38,315 nt of DNA. It comes from Ionaspis alba. Lineage: Eukaryota. The position numbers and the translations under genes were made by a program. The notes under the pieces are model-generated. The model was not told the origin of the DNA. It saw only the letters and a program-made list of their open reading frames with translations, and did not search any database. The stretch is taken from the NCBI GenBank assembly GCA_964255285.1, contig CAXUUL010000068.1:1-38315 (forward strand), written 5' to 3'. Shown here one piece after another: positions 10,648 through 19,839 of this stretch (positions are counted from its first letter, which is position 1; each line of letters begins with the position of its first letter).

Positions 10648-11302
10648 TCACGATATGTGTGATATCCTCGAGCGAAGAAACATCACGTTGGTCGCACCAC
10701 CAACACCTATCACGACAACTTCTTGCCGTGTGTTCGTTAAATCATGTGCCATATGATTGAGCGCTGTATTCAGGAGGTGAATGTCGAGATCTAGTTCTAG
10801 TGAGGGATGTTGCCGATTAGGGGCGAGATCTTGTAGATTGACATTATCGCTAACTTTATAAGTATCGCAGCCCATAAGCATGATAAGGAGGATAGAAAAT
10901 TGTAACCAAAGATGTTATCAGGATGATAGAACAGAGTCCACCTCGTTCAACAGGACCGCTTTTTACAGACCTTTGTTTACGCAACATCATGTAGACCAAT
11001 ATTAAGTGGTAGTAAATCAGTTCAATGTTTAGAAAATGTATATGTTTCTGAAGTTCGGGTAAAAGTTTCCGACTGAGATTAGATGTATCAAGCAGAACTG
11101 CGGAACCAGTGGATTTGTCCCGAGGTACCGCTGGCGAAGAAATACAGGCCAAAGCCTTTGCCTATTGTTATCGATTAACTTATAACCGTGACCCTTAAAA
11201 TTCAAGACAGCCAATCCACGACCCAGCAAAATATCATAGACTCTCTTGTTGATTGCACGGAGGGGAAACGATGGATGCACAGGGTATCGGAGATGTCACC
11301 AT
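10648..11302 (-). pseudogene. Degraded relic of an F-box-like fungal hypothetical gene
   Basis: Minus-strand fragments in different frames but in the expected order: FPLRAINKRVYDILLG (F-box-like FxLPxEIxxxIYxxLL), then TKVCKK / LLNEV / LFYHPDNIFGY at about 10900-10975 (matching 'VCKQxxxEAxxLFYxxNxF'), then SLELDLDIHL. Several frameshifts are required. Confidence 0.4.
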
Positions 11303-11606
11303 GCGGAACTCGTTTCTAAGTACCGGCCAGAGACCAACTAAAGGCAAGATTGTCAAGCTATTGCACCTGTAATCAACGAGGCGCTCAACCACACTAATTC
11401 GGCGGTTTATCCCGTGTGACAGGAACAAACATTCATAGAGGTATTATAGCGAACAACTGCATCGTAAAAAGTATTACCGTGAAAACTCTGCGACAAAGGA
11501 AAACAACCCTAACCACAGGCCTTCCACCCACATTGAAGTTCTCTCAATCGAGGTTGAGGATGTGCTATTAAAACCGCTGATACCAGACGACCAATACTAC
11601 TCGGAA

Positions 11607-12734
11607 TCAAACGGCTTCATTGTGCATGTATTGGGATCGCCCAGTGCTGGAGCTTTCACTCATGGCTTGGGTTTGTGGAATGCTCGATTCGATTGATTGC
11701 TGAATGTGCGTTCCTTCGCCTGCTGTGATTTGACTTTGCGACTGATGATCGCTTCCTGGGGACAGCGTTTCCTGCCCAACGACGCTGTGGGCGGTGCTGC
11801 CGCCTGCGCTAGGCATCAAGTTGGCGCCCATGCCTTCAGCTTGACTGTGGATCGGCTCAAGATTGGGTTGCCACTCGCGGAGGTCTTCTTCGGCATCATT
11901 CAAGACCTGACGGGCCTGGTGAGCGTGCTCAAAGGCAGGACGGGTGTCACCTGGTACAACGGGGGTGTCGTCGAGAAGATTGAGTAGACGTCGACCATGT
12001 CGAGCAAGCATGATCTGTTTTTCGGCACGCTCGATAGTCGCAGCGAAGTGGATGTCATATGCTTCCTTGATCTTTTGGCGTGTCTGTCTTAGGTAAGCTA
12101 GAAGTCCATTGTTACAATATGAGGCACATACAATATTGGTGAGTTGCGCCTCTGCTACTAGGTTCTGTGCTTCCGCCCTCACCAATTCCTGTTCAAGCTG
12201 AACTATCTTAGTGCTCTCGGGTTCTTTGTACTTCAGTCTTTGGATCTCATCGGAGATCTTTGCTTTGTGATCTCTACTAGGCTGTACAGAGCTTTCCGTG
12301 TTTCTGATCTGCTTTAAAACACTTCGATAGTCCTCCAGATTTTGCGCAAAAGTGTCCTCCTGTTCACCAATCTCAGACATGAGAACACCAATCTTATCGG
12401 AAATGTCTGAAACAGAATCATCGCCAGTAGCCTCGCCCCAATCTGACAACTGTGAAGCGATGGCGATGCGCTCACGGCCAGCGGACTCGTAGGCACCAAT
12501 AGCATGGTTCTCGCTTTTGATCAACTTGAATAGCTTCTTGCTGAGCTCAGGTTGCTGTATGCCTCGCAGTGATGCCATTGTGAAGCGGTGTCGAGGCGGA
12601 CCAGAGGTCGATCCCGTGGTGGAAGCATTTTCCTTCTTTGACTTGTTCGATCGAACGGACAGAGCACGGTTACTGGAACGACATCAGCCTATGAATTGTT
12701 ATCAATCTTCCATGATAGATACTCACATATTCAT
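11607..12734 (-). CDS. pilB: Eisosome BAR-domain protein of the Pil1/Lsp1 family, PilB-like
   Basis: Exons 12734-12727, 12672-12132 and 12083-11607; introns 12673-12726 (GTGAGT..CAG) and 12084-12131 (GTATGT..CAG, in-frame 48 nt, read through by the ORF track). Protein MNINRALSVRS...QLSDWGE...DISDKIGVL...IRNTESSVQPSRDHK...LEQELVRAEAQNLVAEAQLTNITRQK. The N-terminus differs from the PilA-type MHRTYSMR. Confidence 0.9.
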
Positions 12735-13004
12735 TTTGCCCTAGGGCCACGCTTGATCCTATACGATGGAATTGTGCGAAAATGCGGGGCTTAGCTGCCA
12801 AAGCTCGATTTCTGTGAATGTCCGCCCAAATCCGAGTTGCAGGCAAGTACCTTCAAATATCCAATGGAGTTTCTGACAACGCTTTGAGGCTTCAGCCACG
12901 TGAACTTGGAGTTAAAGCTGAGTTCGGTCAACGAAAGATTGTTGTCCCTGTGATCGAAGTAACAATCAACACAGGGAGACGTCGTATGATGTCATAGGTG
13001 CTCC

Positions 13005-13692
13005 ATGGAGGTTTCCTCGGATCGAGCCGTAAACTCCGTCGGAACAGCCCGGTCGTTACGAACTCACTTCCGTTTTCAGAACAACTTGCATCTTCCCTAC
13101 CATACTATCAAGACTTTTTGATCACTGAAAGCTCAAGTTTCGTCGTCCCAGGTCCAAACTACCACGCAGCCAAAAATCAGCCGAGTGGCTTCTTGCTCAT
13201 CGTGATGTGAGAGCTTCGAGCGCCGGCGCCAGGCATCATGGGAGCGGTCAGAAGATAAGGGACACTCCTAGCAGAGCCCTATATCGGCTATACAAGAACT
13301 TCGTGTAAGACTCATCGATTGAGTACCGCAACGAGATCGAGTATTTCTTTAATCAATACAAGTGGAAGGTGTTGGATGTCCCAGAACCCAGGCACCCCGA
13401 TCCTTAGCGATACGCCATCCTTTCCATGATGCCCTATATTCTTGTGTGAGCTTTCAATCGAAATATCTCGCTCGGTCTGCCACGTGATGCTCCCGCCATT
13501 ATCTTTGACCTAGAAGAGCTACAGGCACGACCAAGGATTCTGGAGAGCGTTCCTACTGGGTGGGTGTTCGGTCGTTACAGAAGATTGCTCAGCATCACAT
13601 CCAATGATGGCATCCATCTCCTTGACAAATACGATGAGCGAGCAAGTCCAGAATTTATGGCAAAGAACGTTTTGGTGGCTCTATTCGGATAG
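13005..13692 (+). pseudogene. Pseudogene of a conserved fungal hypothetical protein ('DTPxxxLYRLY...DPxRYAIL...AFNxxIxLGLPRDAPAI' family)
   Basis: The frame from 13261 reads DTPSRALYRLYKNFV*DSSIEYRNEIEYFFNQYKWKVLDVPEPRHPDP*RYAILSMMPYILV*AFNRNISLGLPRDAPAIIFDLEELQARPRILESVP...DERASPEFMAKNVLV. In-frame stops at 13306 (TAA), 13405 (TAG) and 13447 (TGA). Probable ATG at 13005 with a frameshift near 13118. Confidence 0.75.
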
Positions 13693-13706
13693 ACTTTTCA
13701 TTATAG

Positions 13707-14516
13707 CTATACTCTTACGAGTATTGAGCCTTGTAGTACATCGTCCGGGAGACCGCCATAACTGGCTGCATTGACCAATACTGTTCTAGTCTTTGGCCGA
13801 TCAGTGAAGATAGAAAAGAGAAGATGATAAACCATTTTGCATACGGCTGTCCATCCCTCTCGTCTGCCGCGAACGTGTTCGTATGCTTCTTCGAATCCAC
13901 CCACCACTAGTGTATCTCTACCGTGGCCAGCATGGAAATGTCCGAATATGTGCGGTGAAGGTTGGACTCTTTGCAATTCACCAAGAACGCCTTCGTCTCC
14001 CAGCCATCAACATCAAGATAGAGTCGAGGCGGCATATGCGTTATCAAGATATCTGTCTCGATCGGTATCCTGGAAGTCCAGAATCTGTTCACGGGTCTAT
14101 ATTCAAAGGCTCAGTTTCCGTGTTTGCGCGTCCATGGACTTCCATTTAATGCTGAGCGTCCTCTCATCAGAAAGAGATATGTCTATCGGGCTATCTTCCA
14201 GGTATACAAGTCCATCCCAATCGAGCTGATTGCGCTCTTGAGTTTCGAATGCAATGTTGTGATTGCCGGCGATGAAGATTTTGTGCTTGTGAGGAAGAGG
14301 CTTGAGCTAATTCAATTGCGTTTGTATCTCTTCTACACTGCCCAATACTGATAGGTCGCCGGCATGGATGAGTACGTCCCCATGTGGTGTGGACGGCCGC
14401 TTGTTATGCGTATCGGAAATACAACCGACCTCCACCTGTTCCGCATACTGCTGCAGCTGTACTAATCGAAGTCCGTAAATCGCAATTGCTATGGTTTTCG
14501 AAAGCGCTGCCACCAT
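13707..14516 (-). pseudogene. Pseudogene of a calcineurin-like metallophosphoesterase (MPPED1/2-like)
   Basis: Reconstructed: CISDTHN...GDVLIHAGDLS..GSVEEIQTQLN*LKPLPHKHKIFIAGNHN...YLEDS...[fs]GSPWTRKHGN*AFEY...TDILITHMPP...[fs]...HIFGHFHAGHG...VLVNAA. Stops at 14307-14309 (TAG) and 14111-14113 (TGA), both at expected Trp positions. Frameshifts near 14146 and 14000. Confidence 0.9.
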
Positions 14517-14908
14517 GATTGTTGTGATTGGCGCAAGAGAGCGTCGAGACCACCAGCGTTTTTACCACACATTTGACTGGTCGATAAAGCTTGGTAAACA
14601 ATACATCTCACGAGGTATATGAATCCACGACCAGAGCGGACTGCAACGAACTTTGCAACAATGTGCTGTGCCCTGAAATGCCCAGGGATTTAACGGTGCA
14701 ACCTGTGAACTGGGAGAAAAGATTGGACAAGCAGTACATTTAGATCCGGTGCCTATTCGATGAATAGCCAGGACCGTGTGACTGTAAATACTCTTTTTGA
14801 GGATCTCTGAGCACGAACCAATGTAACCGCGCACCGCAGACAACGAAGAAAGTCCAAACCTCTTTGCTTGCCCTGCTCTCAGTTGACCGATGATTGTCCA
14901 CCGAGCGC

Positions 14909-17258
14909 ATGTCTCTGAGGCGCTATGCTTGCCATGGAATGATACAGCAGCCGTTCAGTAGCACACAGGTCTATCTCTGGATTAGTGACGAAATCCTTTT
15001 CGAGGCATTCCACCACTTTACATTATCCACACCATGTATTCGACGCGGCAGCTCTATTCCTGGGCCATTAGAGGCCAGGAAAAGATCCGCAAACCGCCGC
15101 ATGACAAGTCAGACTTTTATTGGAGTTGGACCTAGCCTTGATGCTGGACCTCTTTTGGGCATGGGCGGAAGATTGACGAGCAAAGACTTGCTATGGGAAC
15201 CTCCGTCAAGTATGGGGAAAGCACCTACCATTCAGCCGGACAGAAAGGGTCTGAAGAATGGTCCCCAGCCTGAGGATCGCAATGCTGACTTGACCTCGAG
15301 CAGTGCCACCCATGCCTTCGTGGCTATTGAATTCTATACCCGTTACACCAGAATTGAGCTTGTCAAAGATTGAAGAGCTTGACTTGGAGAAGTCAGACCT
15401 GACCTCTGGAGAGGCACGAGGAACTCAAGAATTGAGGATGGCACAGATTGAGGCTTGTAATAGCCTTGATGCAATCCGAGATTGTACACGCGCAGGTGGC
15501 TGGATATTGGGTAAAAGCGGTCACCTCAGCAAATTCGCCTTCAATCATCTGCTGAGCTTAAGATTGCCTCTGGGTGACCTTTTGGAATTCTTGGAAGACT
15601 ACAACTTGAACGCGCCAGCAGCAAAAAATGTCATGACCTTTCTCGGATCACCTGCCCTAACACAGGGAAAGATGTACAATCTGAAAGATCTCGACGCTTG
15701 GATTGGGCGAGCGGTTGCTTTAGGGAAAGTATCTGAAAAAGACATACGCAAAGTGCTCAGAGGGTGGATGAGTTGCTACTATATCAAAGACGCATCATCG
15801 CCCAAGGGCTTCTGCTATATCTACTCATCGTGGAATCTCTGTCGAAGCATTTTCACAGGCCTTGAGGTTTCTAAAGTCAGGCCAATGTATTCGCTAGGGT
15901 TGAGTACGATAATTCTCTTGTTTGATATCGCGGCTCAGAGTCCCAAGCTCGACGAAGGAATAGCCATGGGGGCAACAATACTTTCAAGTCTCCAATCAAC
16001 ACAGCAACAAGCGCTGCGTCCTGCAATCTTGGGCTTTGTTCACCGATTCTTCAGCCTCCAAACTTCGACGTTGCTAGCAACGTCGGGGATAAATCATGTT
16101 GACGTGTCATCGTGGTTGATACCTTTGCTTGATTCCTTGCCTCAAGAGATAGCGTTCGAGTGTGTCGCTAGAGTTTCCTGGATTCTTACAAAGCGTGCGT
16201 CTGTGGGCACTTCATTATGGAACGAAGAACAGATCCCTCGTCTCAGGACGTGGTTCAAGGCTCTATCTTCTTCAAGATATATTCAAAAAACCAGATTGCA
16301 CAGCGATTGGAAGGTAAAGTGGATGGCTACCGAACAACTATTGGCAAAGCTCGATCCAGGGACGCTAAAAGTGTATTTACTCTTACTGGAGGACCAGGAA
16401 CGATGTTGCTTCATTCTTAGACACTGGATTCTGACCGAGCAACTTCCACCCAAAGCTCACTCCGAGGCAACGGCTTTGTTATTGGCTCAAATGCTACCCA
16501 TTTATCCACGTCGAAAGCTGTCAGATACCAGTATCAAGCTGACGAACTGGCTCAGGTTAGTTCCAGTATTGTACCACATGGATCCTGCTACTCTCGATTC
16601 CATTTTACCCCAACTTGGTCGCTTAATTCTTCATATGCAAGAGCCGGAAGGCATGGTTCAGATATCGGATTATCTAGCCTTGCGCCGGGAAAGTGAAATT
16701 CCCGAAAATGTGCTAAAGATTACGGACCTTGCCAAAACTGATCCTGTTGCCGCACTGGAGTCTTTCAACAGAAATCCCTGGTACCGCTTAGAGCAGTGTC
16801 CTGGATTGGCTGAAGGTGTCATCTCCGACCCCAGGCTAGATCCTGAAATTATCTTTGATCTTCTTGGACGCGACGACGGGACTTTTGGAGCCGTCAAGCC
16901 TTCCTTTTTCGGTCATTCTCTCCATGTCAATCCGAAGAGGGTCGACTCGCTGCATTCCATAGCTACCGTATTTGCCAACGCCGAACCTTTAGAACCGCGA
17001 GTGGCGTACCGCAAAGTTATTCGATGCTTCAAGTATTTCACAGGGCGACACGATCTTCTACGTCCCGAGATGGTGCAGGCTCTGTTCCGAGCAGGCGTTA
17101 CACGTTTCTTCGATGCCAATATGGGCGTCAGTAATACACAAATTGGCTATGTCCTCAAGTTTGTGAGGCAAGTTGAGGGTGATGAAATTGCGGACAGGCT
17201 TGAGGACATGTGCGATCGGCGGAATCGACGCTTGAGAAGAGTAGATTATACCTATTGA
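14909..17258 (+). CDS. Conserved Pezizomycotina hypothetical protein, alpha-helical, possibly mitochondrial
   Basis: Exons 14909-15248 and 15304-17258. Intron 15249-15303 (GTCTGA..GCTGAC..CAG) joins the two ORFs in frame. N-terminal motif WISDEILxxAF...RRGSSIPGPLEARKR..RRM recalls a conserved fungal family; the basic N-terminus could be a transit peptide. Confidence 0.75.
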
Positions 17259-17933
17259 GCCACATCGAGTATTCCCGGTTAAGGCGGAGAGTTTTGGACA
17301 TCGAGGTGCGAAAATGCAAGTCAGTCATTTGCATGTGGCAAGTACGAAACAGCTTACTGGGAAAGGTCTTTGGTTCCTACTCTGCGAACTATTACTCCGG
17401 GTAGGCGCTTCTGTCGTCCGAGCGGCGGAAGATCGAAAGAATAGACGAGTGAAGGCAAGACGTGAAGCATCGTTGTGGGCTCGATTTTGGGCTACTACCG
17501 TAGTCTGTACAGAAACTAGTCGTATGCTCCACAACCACTCCATGGTGCAAAAATTGAAGAAGTCTTTGGCAATTTCGGAGCAATATGCGTGGAGGAGATG
17601 AAGACCAGGCAGGGAATGAGATCGAGGTAGAAATACAGTACCATTGCCACCAGTGCTGTGATAGTAGATAAGGCTAGCTTGGAAGCGTGCCGACTACGTA
17701 CCTTGAATGGTATTAGTGATCCAGGGTGCGTCCTGACGAACGAGCATAGCTCTCTGCGATTGTGCCGAGGTGTTCGAATCGCCAAGGTTGCACGTCTTGC
17801 TTCACACTGGATACGAATGGCGCAGCCACCTGTTTGAGCATAACCCTATCTGGGACCTTTTAATACAGTCATGATAGTACACAAGTCTGTCCAAGTCCCT
17901 GGACTATCAATGCTGCGAGTATCCACCATCTAT

Positions 17934-18815
17934 CTACGAGTCGATGTCCATCTTTTCAACCACCACCACATCGTCATCTGAAGACAACTCGTGAACGGTC
18001 ACGTATTTGCTGATCTCCTCCCTGGTGATGATCTTCTCGTTCAAAACCGCAGTTGTACCGCGCTTAAACTTGTAACTCCTTTGCTTCTGTTCCCTTTGAT
18101 TCGGGGTGATGTAATTCCTCATGAGGGTTGTCTTCTCGCTCGTGATCACACAAACATCCACGTTCGACCCAGACCCGAGATCATTGAAAATACCCGCTTG
18201 TATGGCCTCAGAAGCCAATTTAACGGCCTCATCTCTTGTCATCTGCTGCTTCCACTGAGTCTCGAAAATTGCCATTGCCGCCATGGATCCACTGCCCATT
18301 GTCACGTAGGGCAGCTTATCCGTGCTGCCATGAGCATGAACAGTGAAAAGTCCGACACCTGTGGGGTCTACACCGGCCACCACTAGATACGCCCCAATGT
18401 GGCCTTGATATCGGAAGAGATGTTGCTTCAGCATGGTCATGCAGGTCACTACTCGTGGTTTCCGACCCGTCGACAAGGCATGAAGTTCGAGATTAGAGGA
18501 GATGATAGCGGTAGTAAATTCGGTATCAGCGGCTGTCCCAGCACCAGCACACCATATTTGAGGTGCAATATAGTGAAGCTTTTCACAGTTCTGATAGATT
18601 ATTAGCATGGTTTAGACGATGATGTTGTGCTTAGAGTTCACCTTGTCAGCTACAATAGGACCCGACGTGGCTCTAGTGTCGGCGGCGATGACAACACCTC
18701 CATCGAAAATGCACCCCACGATGGTTGTTCCAGTGCTTGTAGCTTTGGGTAGAGGAACTCCTTGTGCGTGAAGAGCTGCATTTCGATTGTAATTGGAGAA
18801 GTCGAAACCCGGCAT
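17934..18815 (-). CDS. PUP1: 20S proteasome core subunit beta-2 (trypsin-like)
   Basis: [12 protein letters not shown]...[10 protein letters not shown] (propeptide and catalytic Thr1), [43 protein letters not shown]. Intron 18591-18641. Confidence 0.97.
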
Positions 18816-19026
18816 CGTAGGGAAAAGGTATTGGCGTGAAAGGTAGAAGGACTTAAGGGTGAGGGCCTTCGTTCTGATTGAGAAAAGCTTTTTAGGATTT
18901 AGGAATTGATGGATGTGCAGCGCGCGACTAAGTGGAATCAAAGCATTCGCGGATCATGAAGAGGAATTAACTCGGGCGTATGGTTACGAAGGTTCTGGTG
19001 CCTGGTTGGCGTCAAGCTCTGAAATC

Positions 19027-19554
19027 CCCTTGCCTAGGGAGAATCAAGCGTCAGAGTGATAAGCTAGATTGAAAAAGGGAACTAACTGTACCTTACATAC
19101 GGAAGGGGGTTTGTCCAAGCGCCCCGCCCCCGCATCCACCACCCCTAATGGCTACAGGCTCAACCCTTCAAATAATTACTCATTTGTTGTCTAACTCGGA
19201 TTCTCACGCATTTGTTAAGGTGTAACTATGATTCTTACTCTCTACCAGTAGAACAAAGTACACTGCAATAGTAAAATGTATGAAAAGATACTTCTTCCAG
19301 CTACTCGAAGGAGCAGGCTGTATGTATGAGCGGGAAGTCTATCCCGAAATCAGCTTTGTCAAGCATAACAGCGTCTCGCGGCGACGGCGAAAGGCAAAGA
19401 AATTTAAAACGACGTGTATAGGCCCAATAAACAAATAATCGTGGACTTCAAAGGGAAAAGACTTACCAGCAAGGTTGATGATGAAATTTTTGAGGTAACA
19501 TCGCTATATTTGGCCTAGTTTTGACTCTAACGCTTGATTCTCCCTAGGCAAGGG
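19027..19554. mobile_element. Putative non-autonomous TIR element (MITE-like), 528 bp
   Basis: 19027-19057 CCCTTGCCTAGGGAGAATCAAGCGTCAGAGT matches the reverse complement of 19524-19554 at 30/31 nt. Ends are CCC...GGG and both flanks read TC (19025-26 and 19555-56). No transposase ORF inside. Confidence 0.65.
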
Positions 19555-19570
19555 TCGAACACGAAACGCG

Positions 19571-19577
19571 CGCCACC
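19571..19577 (-). promoter_or_regulatory. PACE/Rpn4-like element GGTGGCG in the PUP1-NUP159 divergent promoter
   Basis: cgccacc on the + strand, adjacent to an ACGCG core, upstream of a proteasome gene. The motif is short and could be chance. Confidence 0.3.
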
Positions 19578-19839
19578 TTATGGCTTGGCATGAGCTCGGG
19601 AAATTTAATAGCAAGTATTCACTGTGTCAACCACATCCAGGCTTTACCAAACTTCTCGCTGTCTAGCTTGTTCTTATCACTTCTGGATCCTGGATACCAA
19701 TTTCAAGCCCTTTAGCAAGAGCGCCTTTTCCCTGCTACGTCGTCACTCATTTGAACCCGTTCGAACTCCCCCCAATGTTAGATTCAGACACTTAGGACGC
19801 GAAGTCCGCACAGTCTCCCCAGATTTTGAAAGAGCTAGG

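Noticed and set aside
13005..14516. Idea that the nearby deaminase-like protein caused the C-to-T nonsense mutations
   Set aside because: No evidence; the protein is secreted, C-to-T is the commonest spontaneous change, and indels are also present.
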